Below are positions 1-9,421 of a DNA stretch of 64,000 bases, one piece after another; positions within the stretch are counted from its first letter, which is position 1; the number at the start of each line of letters is the position of its first letter. The position numbers and the translations under genes were made by a program. The notes beneath the pieces are model-generated. The model saw nothing but the letters and a program-made list of their open reading frames with translations. It did not search any database and was not told the origin of the DNA. This DNA comes from Obrimoposthia wandeli (Eukaryota). Where the stretch lies: assembly GCA_977020255.1 (NCBI GenBank), contig CDROCS010006560.1, positions 1 through 64,000 on the forward strand. Reading direction: 5' to 3'.

Positions 1-287
1 ATCATTTGGCCGCGCTTTAAGGTTTCAGTTAACCCACTGACGGAAATAATGCTCATTACACATTTGTAGCTTTCTTGAGTTTGGTACCAGCATTGCTTGT
101 CACATCGCTAACAACGCCTTTGGAATGTGCAGTTCCATGACTAATGTGGCGAAAAACGGCAGCCTTACCTTGAATATTTGTTTTGTTTCTATTGTTAAGT
201 TGGCTTTGGTATTTTTTTATATGCTTTACCCTCTTTCTGTTCAAAATTTCTTGGCACACAGAAGGCTTTAATGGAAACGTTATGCAT
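1..287 (-). CDS. Phage major capsid protein, N-terminal part (runs off the window start; frameshifted)
   Basis: Joining frames gives MHNVSIKAF..NFEQKEGKAYKKYQSQLNNRNKTNIQGKAAVFRHISHGTAHSK. This recalls the N-terminus of the podovirus-type capsid family in alphaproteobacteria (AF..QFE.EVH.AYQ..GSKL...V.G....F.K.G.G.A..K). It follows the portal and scaffold genes. Confidence 0.65.
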
Positions 288-321
288 TTTTAATTATTTT
301 TTTCTATCTCCTCATTTGGAT

Positions 322-795
322 TTACAGAGCGTCAGTTGCATAGAGTCTCCTGAAGCCTGAAGAGACTTTATCAACTATTGCAGGATTTTTAGACTTCCAG
401 TGGCGCCGCTCTCCATGGGGCCCCTGTCAAATCAGGCTCGCTATCAGTAATCTCGTCGCATTGATGCGTGAAATGTCTTATCCGCCCATTGCTGGCCACA
501 TCATCGTGTGCATGAATTTTGTTCCATCACACCTGAGCTCCAGCATACTATATACATCTTGTGGGATATTATTCATCCCCCACTGTTTTACAACTAGTTC
601 GCTGGCGACAGGGGAAAAATCTTTGTTGGTGCTGCTCCGCTTCATTCGCATCGTAAATGCCGTCTGCAATGCCACGACGCCACAGTCTGCACCTGCTCTG
701 CCCGGCTCATCAAAGATTCGGCAATTGTTTACGTTTCTCCCAGTAAGCCCTTTGCCCACATCGGAGATTATCGATATGATTTCATCTTTATTCAT
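322..795 (-). CDS. Phage capsid assembly/scaffolding protein (frameshifted near 480)
   Basis: ORF 478..795 has QWGMNNIPQDVYSMLELRCDGTKFMHTMM. An alternate frame ends RRHWKSKNPAIVDKVSSGFRRLY, matching the recalled family C-terminus RYWRD.DP..V.KV..GF.RLY. It lies between portal and capsid. Confidence 0.65.
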
Positions 796-846
796 ATTTT
801 TTGTTATTTTCTATTTTTGTCAGCAATCCCATCAGAGGCAAGATTG

Positions 847-2170
847 TCATCTTTTTATAATATTGGATGGAAGATTGTTTTGATCAAGCACCCACCTCAG
901 AATTTCAACTGTATCAACTTTGGACACAACCCCGCTATCCAAATCACAAACCTTCTGTATCACAGCAAGCACATTGTTCACTTTTCTCTTTTGTCTATCT
1001 ACACCAATATTCGAAGTATGTCTAACGACTAAATTCCTAATATTGTGATTGATAACCCCTTGGGAGCGCATAATATGAAGCGCCTTATACACCAAAGGAA
1101 TCACCAGTTCATTTTGCAGCCTACAGTACAGCGATTCAATATGCTCTGATGCTTTGTCGTGATATTTTTCAATCTCAGTTGCCGTAACATACCCCCTCCC
1201 CGACCTCGCCGAGGATGATGTCAAAGAAGAAAACGTCAAAGATTTCTCCAGCTTCTGCTGAAATTAACATGGATTTTGATATAATGGTGCTTTACTTGAT
1301 GTCTTGATAGGGGTGATGCCCTTTGAGCCCACTGCCTTACTAATCAAAACCCCTGGAACTAATTTAATATTCTGGATATCAATAACACCATCGTCATCAA
1401 CATGCCACATACCCGAAGTGGATAATGCAGCGCCTTCAATCATCAGAAGCTTGAGCCTATTATAGGACCTAATCTCGTTTAGATTCTGCATAATAGGCGA
1501 AAAGCCATACATAGAACCTGAAAAACACTTCCATCGAAAATTAATAAATGGATTAAACGATATCTGTTTGCGTGAAATCAATTCCGGCTTAGTTAGGGAA
1601 TCATTTGAGGTCGGCGATGCAAACACTATGGATTCATACCCATGACGCCCTTTAATAACCCCCTCAACGACATTGAGGTTGTTCACTTGTTTAGGCGCAT
1701 CACTAAAGCATGAGTCCAACCTCCCATCACTGTCTATATCACATACCAGCTTAACAACTGATACGGCGTGAAAGCGAAATAGGCTATCATTGTCGTTTTT
1801 GGTATTGTGATAAACAGTAAGATTGCTGGTTCCATACATGGCAAGGTCCAAGTATGACTGATGTATCGCGGTGAAAAAATTGGATCTCAGCAGCTCCTTG
1901 TGAAGCTTCTCTTCGATGTCATGTAATCTTTTATTGCTGTTATCGTAAATCTGAACCCACGGCCTTGAATATGGCGTAAATTCGGACCTCTTGTTTACAC
2001 ACTTTCCACTGAATTTTACGCTTGGTAGGTGATCGCTGGCAGCCGGGATTAACGCGCTCTGAAACGGTAAGCGCGCTCCACAGCGGTATCATGTTTCTGT
2101 GTATGGCAACTAATTTTTCATAGCGCCTCTCTATCTTGTCAACTAAGGTCATAATATCACTACAAAGCAA
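847..2170 (-). CDS. Bacteriophage head-to-tail connector (T7-like portal protein), split into 3 ORFs
   Basis: Motifs YLDLAMYGT and YGFSPIMQNLNEIRSYN...HVDDDGVIDIQNIKLVPG are typical of the Head-tail_con family. Fragments 1940..2170, 1264..1851 and 847..1239 are collinear. Confidence 0.8.
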
Positions 2171-2265
2171 TAGCCTTCCAGGTGCTCAATTCAAGAGCAA
2201 GCGTGAGTTCTTCTATCCAGTTGCCGTAAAGCCGCTACATTCTGCCACTACATTCTCCTATATAG

Positions 2266-2847
2266 TTAACAAGGAATAAGCGCCCCATCCTTAAGAAGGA
2301 ATCGTTTCGAAATGGCGTTATACACTTCTGGATTATGTGTAGCAAGAATGATATTTCTCCCCTTACACACTTCAAAGATATACTCAATCACGCTTTTTGC
2401 ATTCTTGGCATCAAGGCTTGCAGTAGGCTCGTCAGCAATCACAAGCTCTGGATTGTGTATAATGGCTCTAGCAACTGCAACACGTTGCTGCTGCCCACCA
2501 GAGAGCGCATTTGGATGCTCACATGTTGAAACGCAAAACTTCTGGCGTCTGTTCTTGACGTTATCTATAACATTCAAATCAGAAATGAGCTTGTGTTTCT
2601 GAAATACAACTGAAGTGCTACTCGCGCCCTGCGCACGGTCTTCTGAAGTCTCTTTCCGGGTAACGCTAACCTCACCGGAGTCTGACCTCTCCAAAAGCCC
2701 TGCAATAGACAACAAGGTGGACTTACCAGAGCCAGACTCACCAACAATACAATTAAACCCCTCAAATTGATGTGTAATGTTATTCAACATATGCGTAAGC
2801 TCACCTCCTTGGGTGTAGCTTTTGCTAATACCTACAAACTCTATCAT
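2266..2847 (-). CDS. lolD: ABC ATPase, LolD-like lipoprotein-releasing system
   Basis: GESGSGKST, LSGGQQQRVAVARA and ADEPTASLD motifs. The true start is MIEFVG (ATG at 2847). It lies downstream of a LolC/E-like permease. Confidence 0.75.
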   Translation of the reverse strand: MIEFVGISKSYTQGGELTHMLNNITHQFEGFNCIVGESGSGKSTLLSIAGLLERSDSGEVSVTRKETSEDRAQGASSTSVVFQKHKLISDLNVIDNVKNRRQKFCVSTCEHPNALSGGQQQRVAVARAIIHNPELVIADEPTASLDAKNAKSVIEYIFEVCKGRNIILATHNPEVYNAISKRFLLKDGALIPC

Positions 2848-3090
2848 AATCCAATCACAAATTAATCCTAGGGGCAAATGATAAACTTTGGCTGGCACCT
2901 TGGTGACTCTATAGGCGGCACAGAACACTGCGGCAATGTTTGATATCTGACATCCCAGAGAGTAAGCTGCTATTATAGCACACCATACGCATAATCCGTC
3001 AGAACACTTTTGGCGGAAATACCATGAATACTCCTCCATGTTTCTAAGTCAATTACCCCAAATTTTGTCAATAATCGCAGCCATCAAGGG

Positions 3091-4095
3091 TTATACGACA
3101 AAAATGCTGCTTGGCTCAACAACGATACCTGTTGCAACCAAACATATAGCCAAACCGATACCAAAGAAGGCACAAAAGCAATCCCATCTGGAAAGGCCAA
3201 GGGCTCTCAATAACACAATCTCGTCCCTCTTTGTAATAACCACAATTGCCACACTCGCAAAAATATTTAACACACAAACACAAAGCAGGCTCACCATAAA
3301 CAAGCCCACTACAAACAGCTGCACCCTGAGAACCTTTAGGTGATTACTGTATCTATCCTGCCAGGTGTTCATGTTATACATCAAGCCAGAATTCAAAATG
3401 TCCTCTTTCTTCTCAGCCGTATTTAAAAAATCACGAAAGAATAGCATCATGTTGTAATGACCTTTATTACCCAGCAATTTCTTCCCAGCAGCGTAATTCA
3501 CTATCACCAACGACTTGTCAACCGCCATGCTACCAACGCTGAAATACCCCGCAACACGAAACTCTTGAAACGGTAATCGGGATTTCCCTACATTCTGACT
3601 TAAATCTGCCATCATCATGCGTACTTTTGAGCCCTTCCCAATGACATCATACGCAGGCCTCCCAAGCAACACTTCATTGTCTTTTAGAGGCGGGTCATAA
3701 GATGTATTCAAAGTGGTGTTAAGCCTAAGATAATCCTTCATACCCTCGGCATCCATGCAAATCACACTAACGCCCTTAGTTTCTTTGTTAAAACCATATG
3801 GAAGTATCACAGTCTCACCACGTATAACCTTAACTGCATATTCATAGTCAGAGGCATCATGAATTGCAGCAAGTGCATTCTTATCGTTGTAAAATCCATG
3901 CACTACAATATGCCCCTCCACTGAAGTAATACTCCGAAAATGGTCACTTAAAAACCCCAACACCAATGATGCACTAAACAGCAACACGCAAACGCTCAGC
4001 GAAATCCCAATGACACACAGTACTATCATAAAAAACGTCTGCGAGTTTTTTCTGAGATTAAACAAAAACCTCTTTGTGAAAAATAACGCAACCAT
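3091..4095 (-). CDS. LolC/E (FtsX-like) ABC permease; C-terminus frameshifted and probably continuing toward about 2880
   Basis: N-terminal TM segment with IGISLSVCVLLF..LVLGF, a periplasmic domain, and the KRDEIVLLRALG motif. Confidence 0.75.
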   Translation of the reverse strand: MVALFFTKRFLFNLRKNSQTFFMIVLCVIGISLSVCVLLFSASLVLGFLSDHFRSITSVEGHIVVHGFYNDKNALAAIHDASDYEYAVKVIRGETVILPYGFNKETKGVSVICMDAEGMKDYLRLNTTLNTSYDPPLKDNEVLLGRPAYDVIGKGSKVRMMMADLSQNVGKSRLPFQEFRVAGYFSVGSMAVDKSLVIVNYAAGKKLLGNKGHYNMMLFFRDFLNTAEKKEDILNSGLMYNMNTWQDRYSNHLKVLRVQLFVVGLFMVSLLCVCVLNIFASVAIVVITKRDEIVLLRALGLSRWDCFCAFFGIGLAICLVATGIVVEPSSIFVV

Positions 4096-4096
4096 T

Positions 4097-5255
4097 TTAA
4101 TTCAACACCTGTGAAATATCTCGATTAACCAACTCTCGCTTGTGTTTAACCTCAAGCTCATCATTCATGTAGTTCTTTTCTGATACCACAACATGCTTAT
4201 GTAATCCAATTAATTCCATATCTACAAATTTACTCCCTGGCGACACATCTCTGTCGTCATACAAAACTTCAATACCCATTGAGACAAGGCGGTTATAAAC
4301 CCCTTCTGCCTTCTCGGCAACTTTGGACTCGTTCCCAATTCTAATGAGCCCTATCTGAAATGGCGCTATAGGCGCAGGCCACTCAATTTGGTTATCTGGC
4401 AACTGCTCAAGTATAGCAGCAATGACTCTGGTAACGCCAATCCCATATGAGCCCATCTCTGGATACACTCTGTGATTTTTACTATCCATAACCGTAAATT
4501 CAAAGGCACGCGAATACTTATCGCCAAGGTTAAAAAGGTGCCCCACCTCGATGCCATCAGCCGGAGACTCTTTCAACCACTCCTCGTTTTTGCACATAAC
4601 ACCATACTCCTCAAAGTCTGCAATAACATCCTGTTTTTGCTGTTTTTGTCTTACACAGAAAAACTCATCGCTCAATTTACCGCCCATCTCCCCGTTATCC
4701 GCAGGCCTGACAGTATAATTAACCCCGAGCTCACGAAAAATATTACAATAGGAATCAAAATATTTACGATACGACACAAGGGATGACCTATGGTCTAAAT
4801 CGCATGAATACGCATCTTTCATTACAAATTCCTTGGATCTAATGACACCACCTTGTGGTCTAATCTCATCTGGTGAGTGCTCTTATGGGTAACTCTCGGT
4901 AGATTTTTAGATTTTGTTTTCAACAAGCGTTACCAGCTCTTCGTTGCTAGGTGCATAAGCCATGCAGTTCCCATGTCGGTCTTTAAATTTAAGCATCTCC
5001 GACCCATAATCAGTAATCCTCCCTGTAGCCTCCCATAATTGAGCGGGCTGGATACACGGCATAGTGAGATAAGACGAAATCTTATCCATATGTTTACGCA
5101 CAATCCCAATAGCTTTATTGAGAACACGCATACCTAGGGGCAACCACACAAATGAACATAAACGAACCAGCCCCAGCCGGGCATGAGGACTTAATCAGTT
5201 CAAGAGCTCCCTCAGATTTAGGTGAATTTATATAAAAAATGTACATGAACCTCAT
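4097..5255 (-). CDS. proS: Proline--tRNA ligase (short alphaproteobacterial type), several frameshifts
   Basis: WLPLG, MPCIQPAQLWEATGR, KDAYS, GIEVGHLFNLGDKYS, MGSYGIGVTR, WPAPIAPFQ and VLYDDR motifs. Confidence 0.9.
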
Positions 5256-5365
5256 AAAGCTTCCCATAGTGAATCTTGCGCAGGTGTTCGACCCTAAGTG
5301 CCAATTTATAAACACAACGAGGCAATCAAAGTATAAAAACAATTCCAATGTAATAACTCAAAAAA

Positions 5366-5436
5366 ATGGGGTGGCAGGAATCGAACCTGCGATCATGGCA
5401 CCAAAAGCCACTGCCTTGCCGCTTGGCTACACCCCA
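5366..5436 (-). tRNA. tRNA-Gln (UUG)
   Basis: Cloverleaf TGGGGTG..GTGGC-TTTTGGT-GCCAT..GCAGG-TTCGATT-CCTGC-CACCCCA. U1-A72 pair; no encoded CCA. Confidence 0.93.
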
Positions 5437-5567
5437 ATATTTGTATCGTAGCTCAACTTGCATCTTTTGTGTTTATCACCCTTGTCTCACTTTACTGCTA
5501 CACCGCACAACTCCCTACGCCGCTCTTTACCCAAGGGTGTAAAAAGAATCGCAAAAATTGCGTGATG

Positions 5568-5639
5568 TGCCTAAGGCGGGAATCGAACCTGCGACACTAC
5601 GATTTTCAGTCGTATGCTCTACCACTGAGCTACTTAGGC
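5568..5639 (-). tRNA. tRNA-Phe (GAA)
   Basis: Cloverleaf GCCTAAG..TACGA-CTGAAAA-TCGTA..TTCGATT..CTTAGGC-A. Confidence 0.95.
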
Positions 5640-5806
5640 AGTTGTGTTTTCAACTAAGATGACACTCATATCTACTTTAGATGTGCTTGAATAAGGATTT
5701 AAAGCTAAACAGCACAAGGATTTAATTACAGATATAAAAGAATATTATAGCAAACAAAGCCGCTCTATTATAACAATATAGCCATACATCAAGACACAGA
5801 CTCAAT

Positions 5807-6385
5807 TCACCATGAACAATATCCCATAAAGCTTTCTCTTTGTGACTTCTTCATATTTATATTCACAATACAATAATCATAGCTCTTAGCATGCTTGACC
5901 TCCATCGCAGCGGTCGCAAGCCTCGTATCTATACTAACATTGCTGTCAAGCCCCCTCAGCTCAAGCCTCTTACGCAAAGTGCGCGCACTCTTTACAGTAA
6001 TAAATATCAGAATACATCTAATGTGCAAATCTCTACATAGCTTTTGGAGTGCAAATGCACCCTGATAGTCTATGTCTATCATTACGCTCTCTCCCCCTTG
6101 CAGCCTATTCAACAGCTCACTCTTGAGTGTGCCGTATCTATACCCTGAAATGGATGCATATTCAACAAAGCTCTGTTTTGCGATGCATTCATCAAATGCA
6201 TGATTATGCATAAAAAAATATTCCTTACCATGAGTTTCGGTATCTCTGGGAAGGCGCGTGGTACACGATACTGTACTCTTCAGGCAATCGACATGCGTAA
6301 TAGCATACCTTAATAACGTAGTCTTACCAGCCCCAGAAGGGCCAGACACTAAAAACAACACGCTCTCATTGTTGGTAGAATTCAT
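5807..6385 (-). CDS. gmk: Guanylate kinase
   Basis: SGPSGAGKTT, TVSCTTRLPRDTE.HGKEYFF and YGT motifs. Confidence 0.93.
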   Translation of the reverse strand: MNSTNNESVLFLVSGPSGAGKTTLLRYAITHVDCLKSTVSCTTRLPRDTETHGKEYFFMHNHAFDECIAKQSFVEYASISGYRYGTLKSELLNRLQGGESVMIDIDYQGAFALQKLCRDLHIRCILIFITVKSARTLRKRLELRGLDSNVSIDTRLATAAMEVKHAKSYDYCIVNINMKKSQRESFMGYCSW

Positions 6386-6441
6386 GATTTAATTCAATCT
6401 GGTAAAACAGCCAATTCGGCTTGCTATAATTCAAAATAATA

Positions 6442-7092
6442 CTATGTGATATAAATTGGCTCCATAGTGCCAAACTGGGCATCGTATATCCTTTGCAAAT
6501 ACCGCTTCTCGTTAACCAGGAACTTTGCACGCATCGTGTCGCTGTCGGATATATCAAACAGGACATCTGACCCAGAAACGCTTGACGTTTTATAGCCATC
6601 ACCAACAATAATCAAATTATCCTGATTATAGCAATGCAGCCTTATACGAACGTCCCTACCTACAATAGACCTACCCCACTGCGGGTAATTATGCGAATTG
6701 ATAGGGCTAACTATCACATACTTCTGCATATCAGGTGAAAGTACGGTGTTATTAACACCCTTATTGTAAGCGCTACTGCCCATTTGGGTGCTAACCATGA
6801 TTCCATCACAGCGAATCGGCCCATGTGGATTTATCATCACATCATTAATGTAAAGGTCTATGCTCGCCATTGAGAAAAATTTTCTACATACAACAATCTC
6901 GTTCCATGCATGAATACCACTGGTGAAAATCGAATTCACGCTCATCTCAACCGACTGACTCACAATATCAGATAGCATCATAATCGGCTCATCGTGCATC
7001 AAAAAACCCAGCTGCGGTGACGATACCAACGATGTGGCATCATGGTTCCATATTTGCGGCATGCCTGACCCGTCGCCACCGGCTTCCGGTGG
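6442..7092 (-). CDS. NAD kinase-like protein (divergent; start codon unresolved)
   Basis: In-frame GGDG just upstream of the ORF-track start, then GFLM, NDVMI and CDGIMVSTQMGSSAYN (the DG..VSTP.GSTAY motif). Confidence 0.65.
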   Translation of the reverse strand, partial: PPEAGGDGSGMPQIWNHDATSLVSSPQLGFLMHDEPIMMLSDIVSQSVEMSVNSIFTSGIHAWNEIVVCRKFFSMASIDLYINDVMINPHGPIRCDGIMVSTQMGSSAYNKGVNNTVLSPDMQKYVIVSPINSHNYPQWGRSIVGRDVRIRLHCYNQDNLIIVGDGYKTSSVSGSDVLFDISDSDTMRAKFLVNEKRYLQRIYDAQFGTMEPIYIT

Positions 7093-8460
7093 TCATCGAG
7101 GGCGCCGGGGCCGCACGGTTTTGTGCGAAGGCGGTATCTATACATAATTAATGTCTAGTTCAATTTTACAACAATATATTTTACAACAATATTATATTAA
7201 GAGCTAGGAATATAAGGGCTAGGGGATATAAGGGCTAGGGCATGCTATTCCCTGTTTAAAATGTAATAACATGGGCCATCTGTGCAGCTGGCGCAAGGGC
7301 AGGATAAATAAAATAAAACGGCGCATACACTCGAGGGGCACTCTGGAAACGCTCTGGGGAACGCCCTGGGATATAGGCAGCCACAGTCAAAAAAATACAA
7401 CCAATCATAAGAGAATGTATCAATGAGATATACACAGAAACCACGGCTTTGGCATCAACACTTAGTAACTAAGACACTTTGTTGGGGACCACTGCACTGG
7501 GCCCCACCACTAGACCCACTACAGGCCTTTAAAACACATGGGGTTGTTATCATGACTAGGCCTGCATGCCATCCATACAACAAGACATTCATGATATAAC
7601 CAATATACCACTGGGGTGCAAAATGATATAATTGTGTTTTCCCGCCCGCCAATAAGGACTGCGAGAATATTCTGGCTGTCAAGTTATGGGCATCAATTAT
7701 GACCTCATTGAATACGCTATTTCATTAAACATCGGAATCAAAGATGGCTAGCTCAGCATAGCATTGCCGTGAAATTTGGCGAGCATTATAGGCAACACCG
7801 TCGATAACTTCTTGGATCTCAAATTCTTCGACGTTTCCAATTCACTATGTGCAAGCTCAAAACCATTACCGAAAAATACTCAAAACCATTCATTAACCAC
7901 AGTTCACGCGAAGCGAATCTAAACCTGCATTAAGAGAGGGGCGTTCCGGGGAATGACACTTGGCAGAAGCTTTACCAGGTGCCCAACAATCATTTACAAA
8001 GGCACGGACGCGTGCGGCGCTGGTTTCGGCATGGAAAGCGGCGTCGTGAATTGGCGGGGTCGCAAAAAGTGCGGGACTCGAATATATAGTCTTAGCCATC
8101 GAAGCGTTAGCGTCGCGAAATGTCAACATTCAAGGCATCGGGTGCGCGCTTCGGTGGTGGCGGCGACAAAAAGCACGCGGAACACCGGAAGAAATCGTCA
8201 TCGGCATGCAATTTGCTGGCGTTGTTACTCAATGCCCAGCTCGAAGCCCCAAAGCTAGATAGGCTACATGCAATTACATGCGGCACAAGCTAAAAAACAC
8301 GGCCCGCCTGAGCCCGGCACACACACAAAGTACACGGGCGCAGGGCACCTGCACACAACACGTCTCATTGCAAAATCATAAATAAATTTAACCTCAATTA
8401 CATTATAAATAAACTATATAAATGAACTTCTATAATGAAGTACTATGTGAGTATTTTTTC

Positions 8461-8495
8461 TTGCTTTTCATCACCAGAGTATGTATCCTTATAAC
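8461..8495 (+). promoter_or_regulatory. Putative sigma70 promoter preceding the structured RNA candidate
   Basis: TTGCTT (8461-66), 17 nt spacer, TATCCT (8484-89); alternatively TTCATC-17-TATAAC. It follows an AT-rich tract at about 8370-8460. Confidence 0.45.
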
Positions 8496-9360
8496 TATGA
8501 CGTGGGACTAATGTCCCCATGCTTGTAATAATAAAGAGGCAGGGAGACCCCAAAAATGTTAAAAAATACTTTGAAATACTAAGCACTGAACCTCTCTGAG
8601 CCTTGTCTGGCAGGGGAATAAGTAAACCGGAATATAGACCGGAAAGCTAACTAATCCCGTAGACCAGGCTTTGACTCCAACCCTTCCAGCCAGGGTACCG
8701 CTGCTATGAGCAGCAGCTCAGTGGGGTAGCCTTCCCTGTTGGTTTCATGAGGAACTGCCCACAGAACTTGCTTGACATGCCAAGAATACTCAAGCTCAAC
8801 CACAGCAACTCATACGAACAAAGCAAAACGCAAGCATTGGTTGCCAACGCGGAAAGACGCTGGAAGCTGGGCTGCGCCGAGGTTGGTCTTGCGTCCTACC
8901 AGGCTCTGGTGTCAAATGGAAAATGTTTTTGAAGCCAGCCCAAAGCTGGAGGCAATCTCAGAGGCAAAGGGGCAATGGGTCTCTTTTGCCTGGCCTAGAG
9001 GGGTGAAGCGCTGCCAAGCAAAAATAACACTTCTTTGGATGTGCTGCCGATTTTTGGCATGCTGAAGCGCTCACATCATCAAGGTCAAAATGCCATCAAA
9101 TTCCCTCTATGATTCGGCTTTACACAACAATCAATCTCAACAAACCTGCAGCCATGCAAGTATGGAATCCGTTCCAGGAACGCCATCCGGAGGCCGGGAG
9201 GCGGAGGAATGATAGTTGGAAGGAACGCATTTAGCCGCCCTCAAGGGGACGCAATCGCGCTCCTAAACGAAGTATGTGAGATACTAAGCCACTAGCACTA
9301 AGAGGTCTTAATTCTCAAGAATGCTTACCACAGAGTCTCAAGAATGCCTCTGGGGGAGCA
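8496..9360 (+). ncRNA. Large structured non-coding RNA candidate (unassigned; possibly a group II intron derivative)
   Basis: No ORF longer than about 100 aa. Nested helices read by eye include 8599-8609/8660-8670, 8686-8695/8734-8742, 8700-05/8709-14, ACGCAAG 8828-34/CTTGCGT 8888-94, 8844-48/8882-86, 8962-72/8981-91, 9003-12/9066-74, 9181-90/9194-9203 and 9271-75/9281-85. Linkers are A-rich and G-U pairs favour the + strand. Confidence 0.55.
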
Positions 9361-9421
9361 AATCATGTTACCCCAACAGCACTAACGAATATCGCCTCAT
9401 GCATCAATCTATGTATCAATC

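Noticed and set aside
7900-8260. Alternative genetic code (TGA read as Trp or Gly), suggested by TGA-interrupted frames here and in the island spacer
   Set aside because: TGA terminates full-length conserved genes (dnaA, fabA, the TroA-like gene), and TAA stops also occur in the suspect frames.
8496-9360. RNase P RNA, tmRNA or group I intron identity for the structured RNA
   Set aside because: No GAGGAAAGUCC with a matching P4 partner, no tRNA-like ends or ANDN tag frame, and no P7 pair or host gene. Partial look-alikes (GAGGAACTGCCCACAGAAC, GATTCGGCTT) do not pair correctly.
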